From Pseudomonadota bacterium (GTDB taxonomy: Bacteria; Pseudomonadota; Alphaproteobacteria; Sphingomonadales; SMXR01), in assembly GCA_022574255.1 (NCBI GenBank), contig JACZSK010000002.1, positions 11,199 through 75,198 on the forward strand: a stretch of 64,000 bases of DNA. The letters run 5' to 3'. Shown here in pieces: positions 1-10,864 of the stretch. Under the pieces are notes generated by a model. That model worked only from the letters and a program-made list of their open reading frames with translations, ran no database searches and had not been told where the DNA came from. Both the position numbers and the translations under genes were made by a program. How positions within the stretch are numbered: position 1 is the stretch's first letter; each line of letters starts with the position of its first letter.

Positions 1-568
1 ATTTGCGCCACAGCAACTCATCCAGATCGTCTTTCACATGGATGTCGATCCCGGCATCCCGGCAAAGCTCGGCGAAGGCCAGTGCACGCGGGCTGCGGCT
101 GCCGTCCGGTTCGGCGATTTCCATGCGTTCCGATGGCCCGCTTTTGACGATCACTCCAGGCTCCAGGATGCTGGCGACAATATAGACCGCGCCGCCAATG
201 GTGCGCCCGCGGCCCAGGATACGCTCGATTATGCCAACGCTTTCAACGCCGTTCTGCAAAGTTACGATGAAAGTATCTTCGCCCATTAAGGGTTTAAGGG
301 CTTCAAGGGCGGCCTCGCTATCGGGCAGCTTGACGCAAAACAAAATCAGGTTTACCGGACCGGCCTGGGCCGGGTCTTCCACCGCCCGTGCTGGATTGAT
401 CAGCGTTTCGCTTTTGCCGTCATCGCCGCTGCGCAGCGCCAGGCCATTCTTGCTGATTGCCTGCAAATGGGCGCCGCGGGCGATGAAGGTCACGTCGACG
501 CCATTCCTGGCCAGCTTCGCGCCATAGAAACCGCCAACACCGCCGGAACCCATTATCGCCACGCGCAT
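1..568 (-). CDS. panE: 2-dehydropantoate 2-reductase (ketopantoate reductase), N-terminal part; the gene runs off the window edge
   Basis: Absent from the ORF track because no stop lies inside the window. Reverse translation from the ATG at 568-566 reads MRVAIMGSGGVGGFYGAKLARNGVDVTFIARGAHLQAISKNGL... This is the GxGxxG Rossmann start typical of ApbA/PanE. The frame stays open to position 1. Confidence 0.7.
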   Translation of the reverse strand, partial: MRVAIMGSGGVGGFYGAKLARNGVDVTFIARGAHLQAISKNGLALRSGDDGKSETLINPARAVEDPAQAGPVNLILFCVKLPDSEAALEALKPLMGEDTFIVTLQNGVESVGIIERILGRGRTIGGAVYIVASILEPGVIVKSGPSERMEIAEPDGSRSPRALAFAELCRDAGIDIHVKDDLDELLWRK

Positions 569-574
569 GATCTC

Positions 575-1780
575 TCAACTCACTTCCCGCTTGGGAAGGT
601 TGACCTGCGTCCGCCGTTCGGCGTTCCAGTAAGATACACAGGGTATCTTGCTCAGGTCGCACCGGTCCCTGTAGCGCTGGGAAATCTCCGTGACCTCATC
701 CATAAGGCCCTCCTCAAGCGTAATCGGGTTGAGGCCCAGTTCAAGGAAGCGTTTGTTGGAAACGTGGAGCTCGTTCTCATCGTCTTCCTTGCGCGGATTC
801 GGCACATATTCGATTTTTGCTCCGGTCAGTTCAGACACCAATTGCGCCAGATCCCTGACACGGTGCGTTTCCGTCATCTGATTGAGGATCAGGACCCTCT
901 CGCCCGATTGCGGCGGATTGCTTATGGCCAGTTCAATGCATCGCACCGTGTCCTGGATATGCACGAAGGCGCGGGTCTGGCCGCCGGTCCCGTGAACCGT
1001 CAGCGGGTAATCCACCGCCGCCTGCATGAGGAACCGGTTAAGCACGGTGCCGTAATCGCCATCATAATCAAACCGGTTGATCAGGCGCTCATCCATCTTG
1101 GTTTCGCTGGTCTGGGTGCCCCAGACGATACCCTGGTGAAGGTCGGTGACTTTGACACCGTCATTCTTGTTATAGAATGCGAACATCAACTGGTCCTGGG
1201 TCTTGGTCATGTGGTAGATGCTGCCCGGATTGGCGGGATAGAGGATTTCCTGATCGATCAGTTCGCCGTCATCGGTTTCCACCTTGATCGGCAGATAACC
1301 CTCCGGAATCTTCATGCCTGCGGTGCCGTAGCCATAGACCCCCATGGTCCCCAGATGCACCAGATGTGCGTTGCTGCCGCTTTCGACGATCGCCGCCAGA
1401 ACGTTGTTCGTGGCGTTCAGATTATTGTCCACTGTATAACGCCTGTGCCAGGCGGATTTCATGGAATATGGTGCGGCCCGCTGCTCGGCGAAATGGATGA
1501 TGGAATCGGGCTTGAAGTCCTTGATCAGGTCGACCAGGCGCACAAAATTCTTTGCCAGGTCCACATGCTCGAAAGTAATCACCCGGTTTGAGACTTCACG
1601 CCATGCCGCCAGGCGTGTGCTCATCGGCTGGATCGGCGTCAGCGACTGCACCTCCAATTCGATATCGATCTTTCTGCGCGACAGGTTGTCGACGATGACA
1701 ACCTCATGGCCCTGGTTGGACAAATGCAGGGCCGTGGGCCATCCGCAAAAGCCGTCTCCGCCTAGTACAAGGATTCGCAT
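575..1780 (-). CDS. sqdB: UDP-sulfoquinovose synthase (SqdB/SQD1-type NAD-dependent epimerase/dehydratase)
   Basis: 401-aa ORF starting MRILVLGGDGFCGWPTALHLSNQGHEVVIVDNLSRRKIDIELEVQSLTPI. The N-terminal signature and the length match my recollection of SqdB/SQD1. Confidence 0.8.
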   Translation of the reverse strand: MRILVLGGDGFCGWPTALHLSNQGHEVVIVDNLSRRKIDIELEVQSLTPIQPMSTRLAAWREVSNRVITFEHVDLAKNFVRLVDLIKDFKPDSIIHFAEQRAAPYSMKSAWHRRYTVDNNLNATNNVLAAIVESGSNAHLVHLGTMGVYGYGTAGMKIPEGYLPIKVETDDGELIDQEILYPANPGSIYHMTKTQDQLMFAFYNKNDGVKVTDLHQGIVWGTQTSETKMDERLINRFDYDGDYGTVLNRFLMQAAVDYPLTVHGTGGQTRAFVHIQDTVRCIELAISNPPQSGERVLILNQMTETHRVRDLAQLVSELTGAKIEYVPNPRKEDDENELHVSNKRFLELGLNPITLEEGLMDEVTEISQRYRDRCDLSKIPCVSYWNAERRTQVNLPKREVS

Positions 1781-1888
1781 GCTTACCTCTTTAATCGATC
1801 GTTCCGGTCATTGTTGTGACGCAGGCGATTGTAACGCATTCTCCTGGTAGTGCATCTTCCAATTGGCAGTAAAAAACCGTCATCGCCG

Positions 1889-3397
1889 CTAATTTTCCAT
1901 CGCCAGGGCAAAATCCGCCACCGCGCGGCGGGTCTCAATGGTCAGGTAATCCTGGGGCGGCATCTCGGGCGCGTCATCACGCACTTTTATGGGCGAAAAA
2001 ATATAATCCGCCAAGGCCCCGGGGTCGTCGGCGTAAATCGCCTGGATATCCTGAACCGACGGGCCGATGAGCTGAATGTCATAAGCATGACAGGCCGAGC
2101 AGATAGCGTACCACGAGCGCATGCCGATATTCTCGCGCATGGCATCCTCGGCATAGACGCTGCCGGTCACCGGCTGGTCCAGCGTCATGCTGCGAATGCT
2201 TCTGGTGGTCTTCGCCGCCTCGTCGCAATTGGCATACTCGGCCATCAGCAGCGTGCGGTAACGCCCGGCGTTGAGGATGCATTTGCCGGTGCCGCCTCCG
2301 GTATCCAGGATATCCGGGCCGCGCGTCTGCAGGTTGGCCAGCATCAGCGCCTTCAGCGCCCCCACCGGGTTGGCGCCGTTGTTGAGCATAAGGTTGTCGA
2401 GGATCGCCACATTGTCCGAGTTGGGCTCGCTGTCGGGATCATTGGAGACCTGCTTCAGGATATCCAGCGAAGTGATCAGGATGCCGACATTATCGTTGTC
2501 GCGGATAATATTGTTCTCGATCACCACGTCATCGCCGGCCATCACCATAATGCCGGTGCCGGGCGGGATATTGGCGACGATAGAGCCCGGCGCGCCGAAA
2601 TTCTCGTGGTTATTCTCGAAGACAAAATTGCCCCGCACGATCACATCGTATGTGGTCTTGATGGGCAGGCCCGGGGTGATGAACACCAGGATGCCACCGG
2701 TATTGTCATAGGCGATATTGCCCTCCACCAGCACGTGGCGGCTGTTCTCTATCTCGATGCCGGCGACATTGCCGTGGACCTCGTTATGCAGCACATCCAC
2801 GTTGTCGGACATGCCGATATAGATGGCGGCGTCGGCTATGCCGGTCAGCAGGTTATGGGCAACCAGGCCATTGCGGCCGAACTGGGGGAAGATGCCGTAA
2901 ATACCGGCGTCGATAATGACATTGCCGCGAATCACGAAGTTGTTACCGGCCTGGCCCATCACGCCGTTGCCCTTGTAGTGGGTGATGCGGAAATTCTCGA
3001 TGGTGATGTTGTCGCCGGAATAAAGAAAAGCGTCGTTGAGGGTGCCGCCACCGTCGAGGGTTGGCCACTCGCCTTCGACCACCACGCCGGTCAGGGTGAT
3101 GCTGTCCTTGTCGATATAGACGGTCTCGCGGTATGTGCCGGGATAGACCTGTATGACATCGCCGGGGGAAGCGCTGTTGACCGCGGCCTGGATCGACTGG
3201 CCATCGGTGACGATGATGCGCTGACCGGTGGATTGTTGCGCCGCAAAGCCCAAGCCTTCGCTGCCCTGGAACAGGGGATTGCTGGTCAGCGAAATTTCGC
3301 TTCCGCCGTCACCCCCACCGCCGAACAGCCAGAGGCCCAAAAGCACCCCGGCGCCCAGCGCCGCAACGGGCGGGAGAATTTTTCCAGGTTTTATCAT
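1889..3397 (-). CDS. Anchored or secreted right-handed parallel beta-helix (NosD/CASH-like) protein fused to a C-terminal mono-haem c-type cytochrome domain
   Basis: Hydrophobic N-terminus (VAALGAGVLLGLWLF). Many G/N/I-rich beta-helix repeats follow (NITIENFRITH, NFVIRGNVII, VDVLHNEVHGN, VLVEGNIAYDN, VIVRGNFVFEN, VVIENNIIRDN). The C-terminus has a CSACH haem-c motif followed by GPS...EMPPQ. Confidence 0.7.
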   Translation of the reverse strand: MIKPGKILPPVAALGAGVLLGLWLFGGGGDGGSEISLTSNPLFQGSEGLGFAAQQSTGQRIIVTDGQSIQAAVNSASPGDVIQVYPGTYRETVYIDKDSITLTGVVVEGEWPTLDGGGTLNDAFLYSGDNITIENFRITHYKGNGVMGQAGNNFVIRGNVIIDAGIYGIFPQFGRNGLVAHNLLTGIADAAIYIGMSDNVDVLHNEVHGNVAGIEIENSRHVLVEGNIAYDNTGGILVFITPGLPIKTTYDVIVRGNFVFENNHENFGAPGSIVANIPPGTGIMVMAGDDVVIENNIIRDNDNVGILITSLDILKQVSNDPDSEPNSDNVAILDNLMLNNGANPVGALKALMLANLQTRGPDILDTGGGTGKCILNAGRYRTLLMAEYANCDEAAKTTRSIRSMTLDQPVTGSVYAEDAMRENIGMRSWYAICSACHAYDIQLIGPSVQDIQAIYADDPGALADYIFSPIKVRDDAPEMPPQDYLTIETRRAVADFALAMEN

Positions 3398-3418
3398 CGC
3401 GTCATCTCCCCCTCGGGT

Positions 3419-4609
3419 CTAATTTACCGGTTCCAGCCCTGACGGCAAGATGGCTGGGCGCGCCGGCATGAAAGCCTGGTCGGTGAGCGCGCCGAGAAAG
3501 TCCACCAGCCGGTCGATCTCGGCGTCGCTCAGCTTGGGCTCCCAGATATGCCAGTGCAGGTTTAGCGTCTCGCCCTCGGGCACCGCGTGGCCACGGCCCT
3601 TGGTATAGAACGCGACCGCTTCCCGTAATGTTTCAAATCGCCCCGAATGCATGTAGGGCCCGGTGCGGGCGATATTGCGCAAGCTCGGCACCCGGAAGCC
3701 GCCCCTCAGCGACGGGTCGCCGGTCGGGTCTTCGGCGCCCACATCGAAGGGCAGCCCCGCCGGCTCCGGCGTGCCGATCACCGCGATCTGCTGGTTGGTG
3801 AACAGGGGCGGCGTGTGGCATTCGGCGCAGCGCGCGACGAAAGAGCGGAATATATTAAGACCCTCGATTTCTCTCTCGCTCAGCGCCGCCGCATGACCAT
3901 GGGCGTAGCGGTCGTAGGGGCTGTTCAGCGACACCAGAGAAGCTTCGAAGGCGGCGAGGGCGCGGTAAACCTCCGCGGCGGTAATTTCACCTCCCGAACG
4001 CCTGAAACCTCTGGCGAAAAGGGCGCGGTAGGCGGGAATGGAATTGAGGGTTTGAAGCAGGTTTTTCTCGGTATTTCCCATCTCTGCAGGGCCGTAAAGC
4101 GGTCCCGGTATCTGCTCTTCCAGCGAGCTCGCGCGGCCGTCCCAGAACAGGCGCTCCATAAAGCCCACATTCCACAGGCTGGGGGCAGAACGGAGCAATC
4201 GACCGCCGCCGATACCAAGACTGCGGGCGCGGCCATCGGCAAAGCCTTTCGCGGGGTCATGACAACTGGCGCAGGCGGTGCTGCTGTCCCTCGACAATAC
4301 CGGATCGAAAAAAAGATAGCGCCCCAGATCGATGACTTGCGGCGAAAACCCGTCGCGCAGGGGCGGCAGCCCGGTCTTCAGTCCGCCGACGCCTTTGTCC
4401 TCCAGGGAAGAATACATCTGGTAGAGCGAGCGCAGCCGGCAGACACCATCTTCGCCGGAAGGGCTTTTTTCAAGGGCGAATCCTGGCGGGCAGCGATTGC
4501 TCAGGGCGAACTGCTGCCCATCATCGGGGTTGGCGCTGGCCGGCATCGCCGCCAGCAACAACAGCCCCGCCAGCAGGCCGATCGCATTCCTGATCCGGTC
4601 GATCACCAT
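3419..4609 (-). CDS. Di-haem cytochrome c peroxidase / MauG family protein
   Basis: Two CxxCH motifs (CASCHDP and CAECHTPPLFTN) in the usual CCP/MauG context. Start placed at MVIDRIRNAIGLLAGLLLLAAMPASA, a signal peptide. The ORF could extend upstream to 4726. Confidence 0.8.
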   Translation of the reverse strand: MVIDRIRNAIGLLAGLLLLAAMPASANPDDGQQFALSNRCPPGFALEKSPSGEDGVCRLRSLYQMYSSLEDKGVGGLKTGLPPLRDGFSPQVIDLGRYLFFDPVLSRDSSTACASCHDPAKGFADGRARSLGIGGGRLLRSAPSLWNVGFMERLFWDGRASSLEEQIPGPLYGPAEMGNTEKNLLQTLNSIPAYRALFARGFRRSGGEITAAEVYRALAAFEASLVSLNSPYDRYAHGHAAALSEREIEGLNIFRSFVARCAECHTPPLFTNQQIAVIGTPEPAGLPFDVGAEDPTGDPSLRGGFRVPSLRNIARTGPYMHSGRFETLREAVAFYTKGRGHAVPEGETLNLHWHIWEPKLSDAEIDRLVDFLGALTDQAFMPARPAILPSGLEPVN

Positions 4610-4625
4610 TCCAGCCACGAGTCTT

Positions 4626-4919
4626 CTAGCCGTGGGCAATCTCTTTTTCCGTAAACAGGTAATCCTTGAGCTCCTTGTCGAAGGACGGATCCTGCCTGCG
4701 AATCCATTCCAGCACCATGGCGGCATGCTCTTTTTCCTCGTCGCGGTTGTGGGCGAGAATAGCCCTCGTTCGCCATTTTCCCCGCCGCCTCAAGTCTGGG
4801 AAACATCCGCGAGCAGCATAGCGACCCGGTCCAAAATTTTCCAGCAGCCCGGCATTGCCGGCACCCCGGCCGGCGCTGCCCGGGTTTCGCAATTTGACCG
4901 CGAAGTTCCTTGAAAACAC
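4626..4919 (-). pseudogene. Encapsulated-ferritin-like (EncFtn / ferritin-like domain) ORF; only the C-terminal half is recognisable
   Basis: The C-terminal ~45 aa, ILAHNRDEEKEHAAMVLEWIRRQDPSFDKELKDYLFTEKEI, resemble EncFtn proteins and include the EEKEH metal-site helix. The N-terminal ~50 codons are R/G-rich with no resemblance, and the expected first helix is not in frame. Confidence 0.4.
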
Positions 4920-5102
4920 CGTTTATCTTGATTCCGCGAATCCGCCCGCGCCTTCAAAGTAGAACGAGTTTCAGGCATACTCGGTATGGTATCAATGTTT
5001 TTTTGCTCGATCCACAAATCATCAGAATACTGCGCGCCGGCGGCCAGGGCGCGCCTGATCCGCCGGCCCATTCGCCGGGCAGCCGGGCATGGGAGAAGTC
5101 AA

Positions 5103-5276
5103 ATGAATCGCGCGACAGTGAGAATCCTGCAGAGCGTGCTTTTGGCCGCCGGTCATTACCAGGGCGCCATAGATGGCCTTCGCGGGCTGCGGTCGAACGC
5201 AGCCGTCGATATCATGCTGGCCGCGCGGGCCGGTCCGATGATTTCCCAAATCCAACCTTCACCAAAGATAGCATAG
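5103..5276 (+). CDS. Small ORF with a peptidoglycan-binding-domain-like segment (possibly a remnant)
   Basis: MNRATVRILQSVLLAAGHYQGAIDGLRGLRSNAAVDIML resembles the PG_binding_1 pattern (LQ..L...GYY.G.IDG.FG..T..AV). It is very short and has no catalytic partner domain. Confidence 0.25.
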   Translation: MNRATVRILQSVLLAAGHYQGAIDGLRGLRSNAAVDIMLAARAGPMISQIQPSPKIA

Positions 5277-5504
5277 AGTTGTTTCGCGGCAATCTGGAGG
5301 CAAATTAATGATCCGGGTGATGATAGCAAAGATTGGGGAAAATAAGGGAGTCTATGAAAAGGGGCCCGGAGATCGCCTTAGGGCGGATATTCCATTCGCC
5401 CGGCATTTCAACTCATAAAAATACCAACTTTTGTCATGCCGTTTTAGCGCTCGATGCTGATACAATTCTCGTCAAGCTTGGTTTGCTCAGGTAACAGGGG
5501 TCGC

Positions 5505-5816
5505 ATGGCATCGGAACAGGAAAATTTCCTCGAGAAAGATCCTGAGTTTTTACAACTTCGGACTTTGTGGTTGAAGATGGCGATCGGTTTTTCGATCTTT
5601 ACCCTGGCTATTTTTGTGGCGTTCATTATCGGTATTATTTCTTTCGCCGACATTGTCGCTGCGCGGCTGTCTGATGGTGGCGTATTGACCGTGGCAATTG
5701 CACTCGCGTTTTTGGTGATTCTGTTGCCTGTTTTTATTGCTGCTGTTTTCATGAGGCGCATGGACCGCACGATTGAGCCCATGAGGGCCAGGCTCGCCAA
5801 AAGGCGCCGGCCATGA
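5505..5816 (+). CDS. DUF485 (YjcH-like) small inner-membrane protein
   Basis: Two hydrophobic helices. Its stop overlaps the start of the downstream symporter by 4 nt (ATGA), as in yjcH-actP pairs. Start set at MASEQENF. Confidence 0.7.
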   Translation: MASEQENFLEKDPEFLQLRTLWLKMAIGFSIFTLAIFVAFIIGIISFADIVAARLSDGGVLTVAIALAFLVILLPVFIAAVFMRRMDRTIEPMRARLAKRRRP

Positions 5817-7360
5817 GCGTCTTGGGCCCCGATATCCTGTTCTTTTTTCTGGTTATTGCGGGTACGCTGGGGATTACATACTGGGCGGCGCGGCGCACGA
5901 AATCGCGAGAGTCATTTTATACCGCGGATCGATCCATAAAGGGCTGGCAAAACGGGCTGGCGATCGCCGGAGATTTTATGTCGGCGGCGACTTTCCTTGG
6001 TATAGTTGGTCTGTTTTCCATCTCTGGTTTTGACGCTTTCATCTATATCCTCGTGCCGCCCTTTGCTTTCGCGATCCTGATTTTCCTGATCGCCGATCGC
6101 TTGCGCAATCTCGGCCGCTATACGTTCGCCGACGTTATATCGTCGCGCCTGGAGGAAAAACCGGCACGGGTTTTTGCCGCCCTCAGCACGCTGATCTCGG
6201 CCATCATGTATCTGGTTGCGCAGGTCGTAGGTGCCGGCGGGCTTATCGAAGTGCTCTTCGGCATAGATTACAGCTATGCAGTGATGATTGTCGGCGCCCT
6301 GATGGTGGTTTATGTGGCGTTCGGCGGAATGCTGGCGACGACCTGGGTGCAGATTACCAAGGCGGTCTTGCTCATGCTCGGCGTCGTTTATCTGGCAATT
6401 GCTACGCTTGACGTTTTCGAATTCAATATCGAAGCACTTTATGCAGCGGCGGTAGCGGCTCATCCTGAGGGCAATGTCCTTGTCTCCCCTGGCGGTCTTA
6501 ACCTGAGCCTGTTGTCGGCATTTTCCCTGGCTGTTGGGTTGTTGTTTGGGCTGGTTGGCTCACCCCATATACTGATGCGCTTCTTCACGGTTGCAAATGC
6601 CCGTCAGGCGCGCGTTTCCGCCTTCACGGCGCTTTTGGTCGTCAGTTTCGTCTTTGTCCTGATTTTTTTCATTATTGGCTACGGTGCCACCGCGTTAGTG
6701 ACCACAAATCCCGAGTTTCTAAAGCCGTCCGGCGCAATAATAGGTGGAAATAATATGATCGCCATTCATCTGTCCAAGGTTCTCGGCGGGGAAATTCTTC
6801 TGGGTATTATCTCGGCGGTAGCTTTCGCGACAATTCTTGCCGTGGTTGCCGGTCTCACGCTGGCCAGCGCCTCGGCGATCTCCCATGACGTCTACGCGCG
6901 GGTAATCCGAAAGGGTCAATCCACTGAAAAAGAAGAGATGTTCGTCTCCCGCATTGCGACCCTGCTGATCGGGCTGGTTGCGATCCTCTTGGGTATAGCG
7001 TTTAAGGGACAAAACATCGCATATCTGGTGGCGTTGGCGCTGGTGGTGGCGGCCAGCGCCAACTTCCCGGTCCTTCTGCTGTCAATTTACTGGAGGGGGC
7101 TGACAACACGGGGTGCGGTAATAGGCGGTTATGTGGGGTTGGGCTCGGCGCTGGCGTTTGTTGTGCTCGGACCAGCCGTATGGGTCGGTGTGCTTGGTAA
7201 TGAGACGCCGGTTTTCCCCTTTGCCTATCCGGCAATTTTTTCGATGACGGCCGCCTTTGTCACGATCTGGCTGGTTTCGGTTCTGGATCGCTCGGAGAGA
7301 TCCAAAATGGACAAAGCGGCTTTCGATGCGCAACAAGTGCAGTCTTTGCTGGGAGACTGA
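5813..7360 (+). CDS. actP: Sodium:solute symporter family, cation/acetate (monocarboxylate) symporter ActP-like
   Basis: 515-aa polytopic membrane protein with SSS-family features, translationally coupled to the DUF485 gene. Confidence 0.75.
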   Translation: MSVLGPDILFFFLVIAGTLGITYWAARRTKSRESFYTADRSIKGWQNGLAIAGDFMSAATFLGIVGLFSISGFDAFIYILVPPFAFAILIFLIADRLRNLGRYTFADVISSRLEEKPARVFAALSTLISAIMYLVAQVVGAGGLIEVLFGIDYSYAVMIVGALMVVYVAFGGMLATTWVQITKAVLLMLGVVYLAIATLDVFEFNIEALYAAAVAAHPEGNVLVSPGGLNLSLLSAFSLAVGLLFGLVGSPHILMRFFTVANARQARVSAFTALLVVSFVFVLIFFIIGYGATALVTTNPEFLKPSGAIIGGNNMIAIHLSKVLGGEILLGIISAVAFATILAVVAGLTLASASAISHDVYARVIRKGQSTEKEEMFVSRIATLLIGLVAILLGIAFKGQNIAYLVALALVVAASANFPVLLLSIYWRGLTTRGAVIGGYVGLGSALAFVVLGPAVWVGVLGNETPVFPFAYPAIFSMTAAFVTIWLVSVLDRSERSKMDKAAFDAQQVQSLLGD

Positions 7361-7370
7361 GGCGACCTGA

Positions 7371-8585
<1,215 letters not shown>

Positions 8586-8609
8586 GGGAGGTTAGTTCTT
8601 GCCCGGTGG

Positions 8610-9398
8610 TCAGATTCCCAGTTTTTGACGCCAGCGCTCGGCTTCCAGGCCACCATCAACAGCAATATTCGCGCCGGTAATCCACGCCGCCGCTTCGGAG
8701 CAAAGAAAGGATACGACGGGTGCTATGTCCCCTGTGGTTCCTGCGCGGCCAATCTCCTCCAGGTCGAGCTTGGCGCGATTCCCGAAAGCATCCATGAAAT
8801 CCTGCAATATGGGTGTCTCAACCGGGCCAGGGCTGACCGAGTTGACCCGGATACCCTTCATTCTCCAAATGCTCGCGGTCACCTTCGTCCAGGCAATCAA
8901 CAGCTCTTTGGAATAAAGATAGCTGAACACATCACTGATATCCTGTTCCCGGCAAAAGGCTTCCAACTCGTCCAGAGATGTCTCCTGCCCCAGTGCCAGG
9001 CCCTTCTTGACGCGCTCGATATCGTCAATCCAGCCGAAACCCGCACCGGATGCCATATTGATGATAGCGCTACCTTCCACCATTTTTTCTGCGGCAAGTT
9101 CAGAGAACCGCCGCAGGCCGAGAAAGTTGACCTTGATGACCCGTGCCCGCCCGGCGCCAGGTGGCAGGCCTGCAATATTGCAAAGCGCATCAATGGCGCC
9201 GGGCAGGTTCGCGGCGGCCGTGTTGATCGAAGAATCATCCAGCAGGTCAAGATGAATGAACTCATCAACATTGCCAGTTTCCCGGGTAATGTCCAAACCA
9301 ATGATCCGCGCGCCCTGCTTTCTCAGCAGTTCGGATGTTTCGGCTCCGATGCCCGATGCTGAGCCGGTTACGACGATAGTCTTACCGTCTAGCGCCAT
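8610..9398 (-). CDS. Short-chain dehydrogenase/reductase (SDR) family oxidoreductase
   Basis: TGSASGIG cofactor motif at the N-terminus; classical SDR length (262 aa). Confidence 0.75.
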   Translation of the reverse strand: MALDGKTIVVTGSASGIGAETSELLRKQGARIIGLDITRETGNVDEFIHLDLLDDSSINTAAANLPGAIDALCNIAGLPPGAGRARVIKVNFLGLRRFSELAAEKMVEGSAIINMASGAGFGWIDDIERVKKGLALGQETSLDELEAFCREQDISDVFSYLYSKELLIAWTKVTASIWRMKGIRVNSVSPGPVETPILQDFMDAFGNRAKLDLEEIGRAGTTGDIAPVVSFLCSEAAAWITGANIAVDGGLEAERWRQKLGI

Positions 9399-9439
9399 TC
9401 TTTAAATTCCTGAGATTGCAGATACATACTGGGAATTTC

Positions 9440-10135
9440 TCAATCGAGATCGTCGATACTGTTTACATATTTTAGCCCGGCCTCCTCAAGCCTGGGGCGC
9501 ATGTCGTACATGTCAATGCTGAGCTCGCCGGCTTTCAGGCGGGCCCGTTTTTCAACTTCGTTTTCTTCGCGTTTTCTCGAGGATGCCAGCACCTCATCTG
9601 CGTGCCGCCGTTCGACGATCACCACACCGTCGTCATCGGCTACCACCACATCGCCCGGGTGAACAAGCTGGCCGGCGATGACGACCGGCACATTAACCGA
9701 GCCCAGCGTTTCCTTAACCGTGCCCTTGGCCGATATGGCACGCGACCAGACCGGGAAGTCCATTTCCGTGAGGTCGCGCACATCGCGCACACCGGCATCT
9801 ATGATCAATGCGCGGATACCGCGCGACTGGCAGGAATGCGCCAGCAGGTCGCCAAACATCCCGTCGGTATTGTCGGCGGTCACGCCAACAACCAGAATGT
9901 CCCCGGCTTGCGCCAGATCGATAGCCACATGGATCATCCAGTTGTCGCCGGGCTGGGCCAGAACGGTCAGTGCACTGCCGGCGACCCGGGCGCCAGTATA
10001 GATGGGCCTCAAATATGGCTTCAACAGTCCGCTGCGCCCTTGCGCTTCGTGAACTGTTGCCACGCCACAGGTGCCGAGACCGTCGATGATCTCTGGATCG
10101 GCGCGTTCAATATTTTTGACAGCTACCGGTTTCAC
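9440..10135 (-). CDS. ligK: 4-carboxy-4-hydroxy-2-oxoadipate aldolase / oxaloacetate decarboxylase (RraA-like fold)
   Basis: RraA/LigK-like sequence ([15 protein letters not shown]..., [24 protein letters not shown]). The GTG start at 10135 overlaps the upstream gene's stop (GTGA). It sits inside the PCA 4,5-cleavage cluster. Confidence 0.8.
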   Translation of the reverse strand: MKPVAVKNIERADPEIIDGLGTCGVATVHEAQGRSGLLKPYLRPIYTGARVAGSALTVLAQPGDNWMIHVAIDLAQAGDILVVGVTADNTDGMFGDLLAHSCQSRGIRALIIDAGVRDVRDLTEMDFPVWSRAISAKGTVKETLGSVNVPVVIAGQLVHPGDVVVADDDGVVIVERRHADEVLASSRKREENEVEKRARLKAGELSIDMYDMRPRLEEAGLKYVNSIDDLD

Positions 10136-10851
10136 AAGAACTCTCCCGTAACCAGTGGAAAGATACGTTGATACGCCTCGCCATATTTCATCGCACGGCC
10201 CGAATTGCGCTTGCCCTGAACGCCCCGCTGCAAAGCGACCCGCGTATAATAGTCCCAAAGATGCTCTTGCCCCGCCATCGCTTCAATGGCTTCGTATTTG
10301 GTATCCCAAACTTCGGTAATGTCGAGGATCACCTCAGGCTTCCAGTTGCATTGTTCGGTCTGGTGCGGCTCGAACAGGAAAAACCCGCTGGCGCCATGCA
10401 CCTCTTCGCCCGGATTATGACCCCAGGCTTGTGCCGTGATGCGTGCCTCCTGGGCTAAATGTGTTGCCATCGGGTGGTCAAAATTATAAGGATCCTCCAG
10501 CGAGTGCGAGAGCGTGAATTCGGGCTGATATTTGCGGTAAATTTCGGTCAGGCGAAACAGATGTTCGTCGGTGGCGCGCATGGGATAATCACCGATATCG
10601 AAAAAGATTGGCTCGCCCCCCAGAATTTTGGCCGCTTTCTCGGCTTCTTTCCGGCGTTCGGTCTTGACCTTCTCCAGCGTCATACCGTCCAGTTTCCAGA
10701 GTTTGGCCGACTCTCCACGTTCGCCGTAGGACAGGCAGACGATCAGAACTTTATAGCCACGCTTGGCGTAGAGGGCGATGGCACCGCCCGCCCGCCACAC
10801 AAAATCCGCAGAATGAGCACTGACAACAAGTGCAGTTTTTTGTTCGCTCAT
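10132..10851 (-). CDS. galB: 4-oxalomesaconate hydratase, GalB type (PIG-L/LmbE zinc-hydrolase fold)
   Basis: Begins [48 protein letters not shown], a PIG-L-like AH(x)D motif. It lies between the ligI and ligK homologues. Confidence 0.65.
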   Translation of the reverse strand: MSEQKTALVVSAHSADFVWRAGGAIALYAKRGYKVLIVCLSYGERGESAKLWKLDGMTLEKVKTERRKEAEKAAKILGGEPIFFDIGDYPMRATDEHLFRLTEIYRKYQPEFTLSHSLEDPYNFDHPMATHLAQEARITAQAWGHNPGEEVHGASGFFLFEPHQTEQCNWKPEVILDITEVWDTKYEAIEAMAGQEHLWDYYTRVALQRGVQGKRNSGRAMKYGEAYQRIFPLVTGEFL

Positions 10852-10864
10852 AGGTTTTTTCTCC

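Noticed and set aside
467-1591. 374-aa plus-strand ORF
   Set aside because: It is antisense to the sqdB homologue, which has an unambiguous family signature. It also overlaps the panE start region.
1850-3442. 530-aa plus-strand ORF covering the whole beta-helix gene region
   Set aside because: This is a shadow ORF antisense to a gene with clear repeat and haem motifs. Its translation is low-complexity (D/G/H/A/V-rich) and has no recognisable domain.
1889-4919. Encapsulin nanocompartment operon (EncFtn plus cargo)
   Set aside because: No encapsulin shell gene (HK97 fold, ~260-300 aa) is present in the window. The EncFtn-like ORF lacks a targeting peptide and appears decayed.
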